64,000 nt of DNA from Polyangiales bacterium (GTDB lineage Bacteria; Myxococcota_A; Polyangia; Polyangiales; JAWKRM01): positions 70,667 through 134,666 of the forward strand of contig JAWKRM010000007.1 in NCBI GenBank assembly GCA_041389625.1, in the 5' to 3' direction. Made by a program: the position numbers and the translations under genes. The notes below the pieces were generated by a model. It made no database searches. It saw nothing but the letters and a program-made list of their open reading frames with translations, and was not told where the DNA came from. Shown piece after piece: positions 54,944 through 64,000 of this stretch. The first letter of the stretch is position 1; each line of letters opens with the position of its first letter.

Positions 54944-56437
54944 ATGACAATGAACGTAATCATTGCGATTTCTCCCCTTTTGGCCCTCCTCGTGGGCGGC
55001 CTCGTTCTCATGATGAACGACGCGTTTTCCGAAGAACCCGCGGGGGTTCCGGTGCTCGGCGCGGCGGTCCTCGGGGTGACGGCGGCCCTCTCGGCGGGCC
55101 TCTTTGTCTCGGGGCAGGCGGCGGCGGCGGGAACGCTCTTTGGCGGGTACCTGGTGAACGACCCCATGTCCCTTTTCGTGGACGTGGCCATCGGCCTCGG
55201 CGGCGCGCTCACGTGCCTGCTCGCGGGCGGGTACTTCGAGGAGCACGGGGACGAGCGGGGCGAGTTCTACGTCCTCGTCGTCTTCTCGGCCTTCGGGGCC
55301 ATGGTGCTCGGCCGTGCGACGGACCTCATCTCGCTCTTCATCGGGCTTGAGACCATGTCGCTCGGCGTCTACTGCCTTGCGGGGTTTCGGCGCACGTCGT
55401 CGCGTTCGGCGGAGGGCGCACTCAAGTACTTCCTCCTCGGTTCGTTCGCGGCGGCCATCCTTCTCTTCGGCTCCGCGCTCCTCTACGGCGCGTCGCACAC
55501 GACGTCGTTCAAGGGCATCGCAGACGCGGTGAGTGCGGGCACGGCGGACCCGTCGCTTGTGCTCTTCGGGCTGCTCATGCTCATCGTCGGACTTGCGTTC
55601 AAGGTGAGCGCGGTTCCGTTCCACATGTGGACGCCCGACGCGTACGAAGGTGCGCCGACACCGGCGACCACGTTCATGGCCGTGGCGGTCAAGAGTGCGG
55701 CGTTCGCCGTGCTCGCGCGCGTGCTCCTCGTTGCCTTCGGGAGCGAGCTGCTCACCGATGCGCAGAGCGGTTGGCCCCCACTGCTCGGCATTCTCGCGGC
55801 GATCACCATGGTTTACGGGAACGTTGCGGCCATTGCGCAGACGAGCGTCAAGCGGATGCTTGCGTACTCGTCCATTGCGCATGCGGGTTACCTGCTCGTG
55901 GGTCTCGCGGCCACCGTGCGCACGGGTTCCACGGCACTGAGCGCGGTGCTCTTCTACCTTCTCGCGTACACGGTCTCGAACGTGCTCGCGTTCGGCGCAC
56001 TCATCGTGGCCGGCTCGCATGGCAAGGAGGCGGTGAGCTACGAGGACCTCGCGGGCCTCGGGCGTCGCCACCCCATCGTCGCGGTGCCGTTCGTCATCGG
56101 AATCCTGTCGCTCATGGGCTTTCCGCCCACCGCGGGATTCTTCGCGAAGTACTACGTTTTCAGTGCCGCCGTGGCGGCGGGCGGCTGGATGGTCGGGCTC
56201 GCGATTCTCGGCATGCTCGCGTCGGCCGTGGGCGCCTACTACTACCTCCGTGTGCTCGTGTTCCTCTTCATGAAGGAACCGCGCGCGGGTGCCGCGGTCG
56301 CCGTGCCGATGCGTTCGACATACGTTGCGAGCGCGCTCTCCGTCTCCGCGATCATGGTGATGGCGCTCGGGCTCATGCCGTCGGGCGTGCTTCGCATGGC
56401 CGTCGAAGCGGCGACGCATTTGCTCCCGAACGCGTGA
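54944..56437 (+). CDS. nuoN: NADH-quinone oxidoreductase subunit N
   Basis: VPFHMWTPDAYEGAPTPATTFMAVAVK; 497 aa; last gene of the nuo run. Confidence 0.92.
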   Translation: MTMNVIIAISPLLALLVGGLVLMMNDAFSEEPAGVPVLGAAVLGVTAALSAGLFVSGQAAAAGTLFGGYLVNDPMSLFVDVAIGLGGALTCLLAGGYFEEHGDERGEFYVLVVFSAFGAMVLGRATDLISLFIGLETMSLGVYCLAGFRRTSSRSAEGALKYFLLGSFAAAILLFGSALLYGASHTTSFKGIADAVSAGTADPSLVLFGLLMLIVGLAFKVSAVPFHMWTPDAYEGAPTPATTFMAVAVKSAAFAVLARVLLVAFGSELLTDAQSGWPPLLGILAAITMVYGNVAAIAQTSVKRMLAYSSIAHAGYLLVGLAATVRTGSTALSAVLFYLLAYTVSNVLAFGALIVAGSHGKEAVSYEDLAGLGRRHPIVAVPFVIGILSLMGFPPTAGFFAKYYVFSAAVAAGGWMVGLAILGMLASAVGAYYYLRVLVFLFMKEPRAGAAVAVPMRSTYVASALSVSAIMVMALGLMPSGVLRMAVEAATHLLPNA

Positions 56438-56621
56438 TCCAAATCGCGCCATGGGCGCACGACACGTTCGTGCTCCGGTCCGCCGTGCGGCCCGCCTGGT
56501 GACGTGTGTCTTCGATTTCTGCGTCGTCGTGTGCGTTTGATCGCGCACAAAATTCCATGATCTCGTGATCGCAACGTGTTCGCGTTGTGTGGTTTCGGGA
56601 CCCTCTGCTAGGTTTCACGCC

Positions 56622-57458
56622 ATGTTTTTGGCGGACCGCATGTTTGGAGACGGCACGGCACCCGGTGTGGTGCTCTCCGTCGCGGTCATGTCGAGCTGCA
56701 CCGGCTGTGTCGGTTCCGACGGGAACCACGAGCAGACGGCGCAGGGCGTGAATGCCAATCCTCCCGTCGGCATCGTCGAGGGGGTGGTGCTGCTCGCCGA
56801 GGAAACCGAAGTCCCGTCGTACGACTCGACGCCGGCTCCGAATCAACCCGAGCCACCGAAGTCGTGTAGCCCGCCGAAGATCCTCGACCACCAGCCCGTG
56901 CACCTGACCGACGGCCGCGGACTTGAGAACGTTGTCATTGGCGCCACGGACTTCAAGCGCGCGCCCAAGCACAAGCCCGCCACGCGGGCGGTCACCATCG
57001 ACGACTGTCGGCTGAGCCCACAGGTCATCGCCGCCACGCGGGGCGACACGCTCCGGCTGACCAACAACACCGACTATCCGTTCCTCCCGGAGCTCGGAAC
57101 CTCGCAGCTGCTCCAGACGCTCCTCCACCGGGAGACCCGGGACATCGCCCTCGAGCAGGGTGGGGTCCTCAAGCTCGGCTGCGGATTTGCGGCGGAATGC
57201 GGCCGGACGGACGTGATGGTCTTCTACCATCCGGTCCACGCGATTTCGGGAAAAGCGGGCAAATTCCGTATGGTTAACGTGCCCGCGGACGAGGATGTGA
57301 AGCTCCACGCCTGGCACCCCCTCTTTGAGGAGGCCATCCAGACGGTGCGCGTCAAGCCCGGGCAGACCGTGCGGGTTACCTTCGTCCTCCGCCCGGTCGA
57401 GGCCCCCGCGAAGGTGGCGGTGACCCCGACGGACTCCGCGGGGGCGCGTCGCCCGTAG
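56622..57458 (+). CDS. hypothetical lipoprotein
   Basis: Internal ATG of the listed ORF. MFLADRMFGDGTAPGVVLSVAVMSSCTG lipobox. Mature part is a beta-rich pattern with no family recognised. Confidence 0.55.
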   Translation: MFLADRMFGDGTAPGVVLSVAVMSSCTGCVGSDGNHEQTAQGVNANPPVGIVEGVVLLAEETEVPSYDSTPAPNQPEPPKSCSPPKILDHQPVHLTDGRGLENVVIGATDFKRAPKHKPATRAVTIDDCRLSPQVIAATRGDTLRLTNNTDYPFLPELGTSQLLQTLLHRETRDIALEQGGVLKLGCGFAAECGRTDVMVFYHPVHAISGKAGKFRMVNVPADEDVKLHAWHPLFEEAIQTVRVKPGQTVRVTFVLRPVEAPAKVAVTPTDSAGARRP

Positions 57459-57505
57459 CGCCCGCCGGCGCGGAACCGCAGATCCGCTAGAGTCTCGTCT
57501 CGACC

Positions 57506-58828
57506 ATGGCCCTTCGACGCACCCGCGACGTTCGGACGCCCGTGTGTATCCGCGTTGATGGCAAGGAGGTGGTGGCCGACGAGGGCGAGCCGCTGACGCT
57601 GGCCATTCAGGCGAGTGGTCGCGACGTTCTCGCGCGCAGCGTGAAGTACCACCGTCCGCGTGGACCAGCTTGCTACGCGGGCCGTTGTGATGGGTGCCTG
57701 ATGCGTGTCGACGGAGTTCCGAACGTCATGACGTGCCGGGTTCCCGCGACGGATGGGATGGTCGTCGAAACCCAGAATGTGCTCGGTAGTGCGGAGGCGG
57801 ATTTGCTCGCCGTGACCGATTGGTTCTTCCCGAAGGGGATGGACCACCATCACATGTTCACCGCGTTCGGTCCGCTAAACCGCGTGATGCAGAAGATTGC
57901 GCGGCGAATCGCGGGGATTGGCCGGTTGCCGGAGGCCGTTGCGTCCGCCGTCGCGCCAACGGACCTTCGTGCGGATGTGGTCGTCGTCGGCGGCGGGGTG
58001 GCCGGACTTACGGTGGCACGTGAGGTGGCGGCGACGGGCGCTTGCGTACGGCTCTTCGAAGAGGAGCAGAGTCTTGGCGGCGTGAGGGGACTCGAGGCGC
58101 GGGCGTACGCCGAGAGCGAAACCGAAAGCGAGTCGGCGCAGCGGTTTGATGCGGACGTGGGTGCGACACTTGAGGACGAGGCCGAGGAGGCGGGCGCGAT
58201 CATTCACCGTCGGACACCGGTGGTGGCGATTCTCGACGGTGTGGTCGTCGCGCACGCGGAACAGGGCCTGATTCGCGTGGAAACCGGCGCAATCGTGCTC
58301 GCCACAGGCACCCACGAGGGGGCCGTGCCCGTGGAGGGCTCGGACTTGCCGGGCGTGGTGGGCTGGCGCGCCGCGCTTTCGTTGCTCGCGTGTGGCGCCG
58401 TGCCCGGGGAACGGGTCGTGCTCCTTCACGACGACGACCACGCCACGTCGTCCCTCGCGGCGCGGTATGTCGCCGCGGGCGTTGAGGTTGTGCACCGCGG
58501 TTCGCCCGCGGGGCTTCGGCGCGTCGAAGGTGGCCATGCGGCGGAACGCGTCGTCGTGGAGGACGAACGCGGCGAGCGGACGGTTCCGTGCGACGCGGTG
58601 GTGCTTGCTGCGAAGCCCTCGGGGGCGTTCGAACTGGGTGGCCAGTCGGGCGCCGACGTGGCGTGGCGTGACGATGGATTCTGGATCGTCGCCGATCCGA
58701 AGAACGGCGCCACGCGGACGCCGGGGGTGTGGGCCGTGGGGGCCGCAACCGGCGTCGTCGACCCGGAGGCCATCGAATCCCAGGCCGAGGCGTGCGCGCG
58801 CGCGGTGGAGGCGCACCGTGTCGGATAA
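57506..58828 (+). CDS. SoxA/OoxA-like subunit: N-terminal 2Fe-2S fold + FAD/NAD(P)-binding oxidoreductase
   Basis: VCIRVDGKEVVADEGEPLTLAI...YHRPRGPACYAGRCDGCLMRVDGVPNVMTC, then a Rossmann VVVVGGGVAGL. Confidence 0.78.
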   Translation: MALRRTRDVRTPVCIRVDGKEVVADEGEPLTLAIQASGRDVLARSVKYHRPRGPACYAGRCDGCLMRVDGVPNVMTCRVPATDGMVVETQNVLGSAEADLLAVTDWFFPKGMDHHHMFTAFGPLNRVMQKIARRIAGIGRLPEAVASAVAPTDLRADVVVVGGGVAGLTVAREVAATGACVRLFEEEQSLGGVRGLEARAYAESETESESAQRFDADVGATLEDEAEEAGAIIHRRTPVVAILDGVVVAHAEQGLIRVETGAIVLATGTHEGAVPVEGSDLPGVVGWRAALSLLACGAVPGERVVLLHDDDHATSSLAARYVAAGVEVVHRGSPAGLRRVEGGHAAERVVVEDERGERTVPCDAVVLAAKPSGAFELGGQSGADVAWRDDGFWIVADPKNGATRTPGVWAVGAATGVVDPEAIESQAEACARAVEAHRVG

Positions 58829-59099
58829 GATCATCCTTTGCCGCTGCGAGGACGTGACGCTTCACGAGGTTGAGAAGGCCGTCGCGTTGGGGCATCGGGA
58901 CATCGAGTCGGTGAAGCGCTACACGGGTTTCGGCACGGGGTGGTGCCAGGGCAAGCAGTGCCTTGCCGCGTGCGCGCGCACGTTGGTCGCTCTCGGTGGG
59001 GAAATCCCGCGAGAGCCGATCACGCCGCGCCCGCCGTTTCACCCGCTTCCCCTTGCGCATTTGGCGCTGCTTGAAGAGGACGGGGAGGACCCCGCGTGA
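58818..59099 (+). CDS. BFD-like (2Fe-2S)-binding small subunit
   Basis: GTG 58818 overlaps the upstream stop by 11 nt. ILCRCEDVTLHEVEKAV...GTGWCQGKQC. 93 aa. 3' part of listed ORF 58392..59099. Confidence 0.7.
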   Translation: MSDKIILCRCEDVTLHEVEKAVALGHRDIESVKRYTGFGTGWCQGKQCLAACARTLVALGGEIPREPITPRPPFHPLPLAHLALLEEDGEDPA

Positions 59100-60247
59100 T
59101 TCGCGAATCGGACGCGAACATCGTCATCGTTGGCGGCGGCATTCAGGGGCTTTCGGTCGCCTACGAGATGGCGAAGCTCGGCATGAAGCGCATCGTCGTG
59201 CTCGAGAAGAGCTACCTCTGTAGCGGCGCTTCGGGACGGAACGGTGGCGGCGTGCGCGCCCAGTGGGCGAGCCGCGACAACATCGAGCTGATGCGGGAGT
59301 CCATCCAGATTTGCCGTGATTTCGCCGCGGAGATGCGCATCAACGTGTGGTTTCGACAGGGGGGGTACCTGTTCGTCGCGCGAACCGCGGACCGCGCGGA
59401 GCAACTCGAGGCGTCCGTGGCACTCCAGCGTGAATGCGGCCTCGATACGCGTCTCCTTGGACCCGAGGGAGCGCACGCCATCGTGCCCGAGCTCGATGCG
59501 TCGCGGATCATGGCGGCGAGCTACAACCCAACGGACGGCGTCGTCTTTCCGTGGCCCTTCGTTTGGGGGTACGCGGAGGGAGCGCGTCAGCGCGGCGTTG
59601 AGATTCGCACGTTCACGGAAGTCGTCGATGTCGAGACGGCGAACGGCAAGGTGATCGCCGTGCGCACGCCGGACGAACGGATTCGGACATCGCTCGTGCT
59701 CAACGCAGCCGGGGCCTGGAGCCCGGAAATCGCTCGCATGGTGGGGGTCGACCTTCCAACCAAGCCGCATCGTCACGAAATCTGCAGCACGGAACCGCTC
59801 AAGCCGTTCTTGAAGCCGCTCGTGGCCGATCTCGCATCGGGTCTCTATTTCTCCCAATCGATGCGCGGCGAAATCGTGGGTGGGATTTCGAACGCGGAGG
59901 TTCCCGAGGGGCTCGACCAAGGGAGTTCGCTTCGGTTCCTCGGTCTCTATGCGCGCGCGCTGACGCGGGCGATGCCTCGCCTGGGCGCCGTACGCGTGCT
60001 TCGGCAGTGGGCGGGTTGCTATGACCTGACGGTCGATCGGGCCCCCATCATCGGTCGTGTGGACGGCGTGGAAGGGTTCATCCTGATGAGTGGGTTCATC
60101 GGGCACGGCTTCATGATTGCGCCGATCATGGCGCGCATCATGGCCAAGTACCTGGTGCAGGACGTGGATCACCCGACCTTCACGTCCTGGGCGTTTCGCC
60201 GTTTCCGAGATGGAAACCTGTGCGGCGAAACGATGGTCCTCGGCTGA
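59096..60247 (+). CDS. FAD-dependent oxidoreductase, sarcosine-oxidase-beta/DAO family
   Basis: IVIVGGGIQGLSVAYE, GASGRNGGG; 383 aa; 4-bp overlap with the upstream gene. Confidence 0.85.
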   Translation: MIRESDANIVIVGGGIQGLSVAYEMAKLGMKRIVVLEKSYLCSGASGRNGGGVRAQWASRDNIELMRESIQICRDFAAEMRINVWFRQGGYLFVARTADRAEQLEASVALQRECGLDTRLLGPEGAHAIVPELDASRIMAASYNPTDGVVFPWPFVWGYAEGARQRGVEIRTFTEVVDVETANGKVIAVRTPDERIRTSLVLNAAGAWSPEIARMVGVDLPTKPHRHEICSTEPLKPFLKPLVADLASGLYFSQSMRGEIVGGISNAEVPEGLDQGSSLRFLGLYARALTRAMPRLGAVRVLRQWAGCYDLTVDRAPIIGRVDGVEGFILMSGFIGHGFMIAPIMARIMAKYLVQDVDHPTFTSWAFRRFRDGNLCGETMVLG

Positions 60248-60255
60248 CGACGGGG

Positions 60256-61287
60256 TTACGGGAGGACTTGGCCGGCCGCGACGCATTGGGCGGTGCTCCC
60301 GCCGGCGCTGATCTCGAGGAACGTGGTGCTCGTGTTCCACTGGATGTTGACGTTGGGCTTCACCTGGAGCGTCTGGACGCGCGTCGGGAGATTCGCGTTC
60401 GCTTCGGCGCGTAGGTCGACGCGCATTCGAGGGGTGTCCCGGAGCAGGGCGTAGGCGCCCGGGAAGTGGATGAAGCCGCCCGAACCCGAGTTGAACGTGG
60501 CGGGGCCTGCGTCGCGCGGAAACAATACGGAGCCCACGCGGACCGGTGCGGTGCCCGCGGGTGATTCGATGTCGAGGTCAAACCAATCGGCGTTTGTGCC
60601 AGCTGCGCCCCGGCGGAGGACCAACGCCATGCATGCGCCGGGCGCGAAGGCCACGGGGCGAACCACGCGGATGAAGGCGCCCTCCGGATCCACCTCGGCG
60701 GCGGAGCCCTCGGACGCCAGCATGTCGGCGATGGTGCCTGCGCCGAACCGCTTGAGCAGCGCGAACGTATTCGACAGGGATCGGCGGACGCCGACCTCAA
60801 ACACCGCGGCACCGGCGGTGGCCTGGTAGAAGACGAACGTCCAATCGTCGTCCGGCACCTCCTTCGGGCATGCGGTGAAGCGAATGGTCGTGAGTTCCTC
60901 CTGGGGAAACGTCCAGTTCGCGTAGTACATGACCGCGGTGTTCGAGTACGGGTCGTCCTGCGACGCACAGCAGGCGGCATCGACGCAGGAGCCGTTCGGG
61001 CAAGCCGTCGCTGCGCCGTCGAGCCCGCAGCCCATGAGGGAAAGCCCCCCGGCCGCGCAGCGCACGTCGGGATTGCACATGGTCTGGGTCGATCCGTCGT
61101 CCGTGGGGCCGTCGGCGGCGCCATCTCGCGTGGTCCCCGCGTCGCGCCCCACGAACAAGGGATCGGAGCCATCGCTCGGCGGGGCGCAGGCGCCGAACAT
61201 GGCGAGCGCCAGGGCGAGCGCCCATCGTGCGTGCGTTGGCACGGCGAAAGGCGTGGGCGGGGGCCCGGGATTCGGGTGCGGCACCAT
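60256..61287 (-). CDS. hypothetical lipoprotein with Cys-rich N-terminal stretch
   Basis: ALALALAMFGACA lipobox. CNPDVRCAAGGLSLMGCGLDGAATACPNGSCVDAACC, then a beta-rich domain. Confidence 0.6.
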   Translation of the reverse strand: MVPHPNPGPPPTPFAVPTHARWALALALAMFGACAPPSDGSDPLFVGRDAGTTRDGAADGPTDDGSTQTMCNPDVRCAAGGLSLMGCGLDGAATACPNGSCVDAACCASQDDPYSNTAVMYYANWTFPQEELTTIRFTACPKEVPDDDWTFVFYQATAGAAVFEVGVRRSLSNTFALLKRFGAGTIADMLASEGSAAEVDPEGAFIRVVRPVAFAPGACMALVLRRGAAGTNADWFDLDIESPAGTAPVRVGSVLFPRDAGPATFNSGSGGFIHFPGAYALLRDTPRMRVDLRAEANANLPTRVQTLQVKPNVNIQWNTSTTFLEISAGGSTAQCVAAGQVLP

Positions 61288-61379
61288 GGAAACAGCGTAG
61301 GGTAGTGCCCGTGACCGCGGTGGTCGAATGCCGCGGCTCCGTGCGGCGAAGGCACGGACGAACCGCGGGCAACACGCAC

Positions 61380-62387
61380 ATGGAACGAATCGTCGAGCGA
61401 CGCAAAATCACGTTCGGGACCGGCACGTCGTTCGTGCCGGACCTCGGAATCGACGACGTCGATGGTGTCGGACCGGGTTGGTTTCGGGCCATGCGCCTCA
61501 AGCGTTGGCAGGCGGTCCAGTTCGGCTCACCGGAGATCTTTGGAAACGTCGCCGTGTTCTCCGCGGGACTCCTGGCCATCGTGCAGATGAAAATCTGGGA
61601 TCGCGCGACAAATCAGCTTCATTTGTACGAGCGGAAGTTCGCTCCGTGGAAGATGCGATGGAGCGCGCGCGTGGATGAGGGCCGCGTGGCCGATGCGGCG
61701 ACCGACGCGATGGTCTCGTTCCACAACCGCTGGCCGTCGGGGGAGATCGTCGTGCGTGCCGATGTGCCGCCGACGCGTGCGTTCCCGGGGAGTGTGCTCC
61801 GCGTATCCCTCGACACCCGGGCGACAAGCCCCTTGGTTGCGGCCATGCCGTTCGACTCGGTTCGTGGTGCCGTGGCCATGAAGGCGTGCCTTCCCATCGC
61901 GGGCACGCTGACGGCGGGCGACCGAACGTACGACTTCGATCCCGGAAGTGCCTTCGCCTTCCTTGATCACCACCAGGGCTACTACCCGTATCGGATGCGA
62001 TGGGATTGGGTCACGGGCGCACGCATTGGCACCGACGGCAACCGCGTGGGTTTTAACTTCACCCGAAACCAGGCGCAGAACCCCGAGGTGCACGGCGAGA
62101 ATGCGCTGTGGGTTGGTGGTGAAGTCCATCGGCTGCCGCCCGTGACGTTTGAGCGCGCCGGGCACGGCGGCGGGGAGACGTGGCGCATCCGCGACACGCG
62201 CGGGCACGTGGACGTGCTCTTTCGGCCGTCCGTGGCGAGCGACCTCCACCTCGAGCTCCTGCTTCTCGCGAGCCACTACCGCGGGCCCTTCGGTACGTTC
62301 ACCGGATCCATTCGCACGCCCGGTGGGCATGTCGAGTCGGTCGACGGCGCCGTCGGGATGGGCGAGGACTTCTACCTGCGTGCGTAG
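61380..62387 (+). CDS. DUF2804-like hypothetical protein
   Basis: Internal ATG (MERIVERRK) of listed ORF 61227..62387. FLDHHQGYYPYRMRWDWVTG region. Family assignment is from memory only. Confidence 0.5.
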   Translation: MERIVERRKITFGTGTSFVPDLGIDDVDGVGPGWFRAMRLKRWQAVQFGSPEIFGNVAVFSAGLLAIVQMKIWDRATNQLHLYERKFAPWKMRWSARVDEGRVADAATDAMVSFHNRWPSGEIVVRADVPPTRAFPGSVLRVSLDTRATSPLVAAMPFDSVRGAVAMKACLPIAGTLTAGDRTYDFDPGSAFAFLDHHQGYYPYRMRWDWVTGARIGTDGNRVGFNFTRNQAQNPEVHGENALWVGGEVHRLPPVTFERAGHGGGETWRIRDTRGHVDVLFRPSVASDLHLELLLLASHYRGPFGTFTGSIRTPGGHVESVDGAVGMGEDFYLRA

Positions 62388-62410
62388 CCCGTGCGCGCCC
62401 GCGGGCGTGG

Positions 62411-63184
62411 TCAGTCGATGACCTTGTCGATGCGCGAGCCGCGGAAGCTCGACGACCACGGCCAACCGCCCGACCAATAGATGAGGAGCGCGCGGCCCTT
62501 GAGTCGCGTGGCGGGGACTGGACCGTAGGAGCGGCTGTCGCGCGATTCGTCACGGTGATCGCCCATGACAAACACGTGTCCCGGGGGAACGGGTGGCCAC
62601 TCCCGGTCGTTGTACTCGTGGTAGATGCTCTGGCTCGTCCGATAGCTGTGGGAGCCGAGGTGCTCCTTCTGCCACGTGCATTCCTCGTCGGGGCCGTCCG
62701 TGAGGCGGAAGTCGTGGTCGGTGCACGTGGCGCGCTTCGTGTGCTCGGCGAGGGGGGTGCCGTTTCGGTAGACCACGTCGTCGCGAATGGAGATGACGTC
62801 CCCCGGGAGGCCAACGACGCGCTTGACGATGTCCACGTTGTCGCCCGGCGCCGTGAGGATCACGACGTCCCCCGCGTTCGGCATGCCCCAGCGAACCAAT
62901 GTCTCGTTGCGAAGCGGGACGCGCAGCCCGTAGTAGAACTTCGCGACGAGGACGCGATCGTGGTTATAGAGGGTGGGCTCCATGGAGGGCCCTTCGATCT
63001 CGAACGCCTCGAAGAGCAGGATGCGGATGATGCCCGCGAGGACCGCGGCCCAAAGCACGGTGGTGAGGGTCTCGAGCAGGTCACCGCGGTCCTTCGATGC
63101 CTCCGCAGTCTCGTCGGTCATGCCTGCGCTGGTCTCCGGCGCAGGTGCCTTCGCGGGCCGTTCACTCTTTCGCTTTGTGCTCAT
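62411..63184 (-). CDS. lepB: signal peptidase I
   Basis: IEGPSMEPTL (catalytic Ser), VKRVVGLPGD (Lys box), GDHRDESRDSR. Confidence 0.88.
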   Translation of the reverse strand: MSTKRKSERPAKAPAPETSAGMTDETAEASKDRGDLLETLTTVLWAAVLAGIIRILLFEAFEIEGPSMEPTLYNHDRVLVAKFYYGLRVPLRNETLVRWGMPNAGDVVILTAPGDNVDIVKRVVGLPGDVISIRDDVVYRNGTPLAEHTKRATCTDHDFRLTDGPDEECTWQKEHLGSHSYRTSQSIYHEYNDREWPPVPPGHVFVMGDHRDESRDSRSYGPVPATRLKGRALLIYWSGGWPWSSSFRGSRIDKVID

Positions 63185-63765
63185 CCGTGCACCGTGGGCT
63201 CCGCTCCGCGAGGATAGGCGATATCGCCCTCCCTCGTCGCGAGCGTCGCGAGGCGCGCCCAGGTGGCCTCTTCGCCGAAGATCGACTCCGCCAGGCGCGT
63301 AAAAAGGCGATGATGGCGGGCCTCCGACTCCATGAGGTCGCGGTAAAAGGTGCGCAGTTCGGCGCTCCCAAGCCGCTCGGCGAGGAGCTTGAAGCGCTCG
63401 CAGGAGCGAGCTTCGATGAGCGCCGAGACCAGGAGCCGATCAAGGAGGCGCGGAACGTCACTCGCTTCGCGCTTGGTCGCCGCTTGGAGCGCGAGCACGT
63501 AGTCGTCGGGCGCGGGCGGATTCAGGCGAACGCCGTGCGCCGTGGCATGGGCAAGAACCGCTTCGAAGTGCTCCATCTCTTCCTTGGCGAGGGCGACGAG
63601 GGGAGCCACGAGTTCCGGGTGCGCGCCGCCCCATCGACCCACGATGGATAGGGCGCTCTGCGCGGCCTTGAGCTCGCAATGGGCGTGGTCATCGAGGAGC
63701 CTTCCAAGCTCACCTTCAACGGTATCGACCCAGGCGGGGTCCGTGGGATGGAGCAGTCCGAGCAT
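63181..63765 (-). CDS. miaE: tRNA-(ms2io6A)-hydroxylase (di-iron)
   Basis: HAHCELKAAQSA, EEMEHFE, IEARSCERF and ESEARHH carboxylate/His motifs. ATGA overlap with lepB. Confidence 0.82.
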   Translation of the reverse strand: MLGLLHPTDPAWVDTVEGELGRLLDDHAHCELKAAQSALSIVGRWGGAHPELVAPLVALAKEEMEHFEAVLAHATAHGVRLNPPAPDDYVLALQAATKREASDVPRLLDRLLVSALIEARSCERFKLLAERLGSAELRTFYRDLMESEARHHRLFTRLAESIFGEEATWARLATLATREGDIAYPRGAEPTVHG

Positions 63766-63884
63766 GGAAGGGTTTCGCGCGGGACGACCGGGGCTCTGGC
63801 GTGGGGGCGGTTGGAACGCTACGTTCCGCGCGCTTTGCCCGGTCGGGAGACGAAGCTAGTTCTCGGGGCGGAGCGGGTCAAGGA

Positions 63885-64000
63885 ATGACGAATCTTTGCC
63901 TGGCAGTGGAGTGTGCGACCGCCCGAGGCTCGGTGGCGCTTGTCGACGAACATGGCGTTCGCGCCGTTCGCGATTGGGATGTGCCCGAGCGACATGCGGA
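63885..64000 (+). CDS. possible TsaB/YeaZ-like protein, N-terminal fragment running off the right edge
   Basis: ATG 63885. MTNLCLAVECATARGSVALVDEHGVRAVRDW resembles the TsaB N-terminus. Only 38 codons are visible. Confidence 0.35.
   Translation, partial: MTNLCLAVECATARGSVALVDEHGVRAVRDWDVPERHA

Noticed and set aside
50643-56548. 890-aa and 1096-aa minus-strand ORFs antisense to nuoL, nuoM and nuoN
   Set aside because: Extreme Arg/His/Glu/Asp composition with no hydrophobic core. The plus strand encodes unmistakable Nuo subunits.
57506-60247. Calling the three-gene flavoprotein cluster hydrogen cyanide synthase hcnABC
   Set aside because: The subunit composition is shared by several enzyme families, and the gene order (large, small, beta) differs from hcnA-B-C. 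No specific evidence for HCN synthesis is visible.

Overview
GC-rich chromosomal segment. G+C is roughly two-thirds by eye with strong third-position GC bias; I did not compute it. Gene content points to Myxococcota (CdnL, FHA/DUF4388, PilZ, giant TPR/HEAT proteins, many lipoproteins), but the taxon is inference. I support about 60 protein genes. I saw no rRNA, tRNA, CRISPR array, integrase or transposase.

Left to right:
- M3-like peptidase fragment; MacB-type ABC exporter with HlyD adaptor; two SCP2 genes
- pgeF-accD-folC-hemE-hemY; yacG; PLD-type cardiolipin synthase
- A modular Cys-containing lipoprotein gene whose frame is broken many times; M15A peptidase; haloalkane-dehalogenase-like hydrolase; an HExxH plus YkgJ Cys-cluster protein
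- A frame-broken RlmI-like methyltransferase; rpsB-tsf-pyrH-frr, with rpsB unreadable as sequenced
- A large HExxH plus TolB-propeller plus Omp85-barrel protein; FHA-DUF4388; rng-pilZ-J-domain operon; cdnL
- An AT-rich island carrying a 32-codon Lys-rich ORF; NFACT and DUF72-like genes
- A ~1350-aa TPR/HEAT protein followed by two paralogous zinc-ribbon/FHA/FHA genes; alpha/beta hydrolase plus RHH; S41 protease; MlaF/MlaD pair
- Small OM barrel plus lipoprotein; frame-broken methyltransferase-like gene; zinc-ribbon membrane protein
- nuoE-F-J-K-L-M-N, with no G/H/I and an extended NuoL
- A three-subunit SoxA/BFD/SoxB-like flavoprotein; DUF2804-like; lepB; miaE

No recognisable defence or mobile system is present. 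The items most worth a second look:
1. Clustered frame-breaking lesions, which include the essential rpsB gene.
2. The protease-propeller-Omp85 fusion.
3. The AT-rich island with the tiny basic ORF and an orphan terminator.
4. NuoL with extra TM helices and a periplasmic tail.
5. The zinc-ribbon/FHA paralog pair beside the TPR/HEAT giant.
6. The RNase G-PilZ-J-domain operon.

All family calls come from motif recognition by eye; no searches were run.
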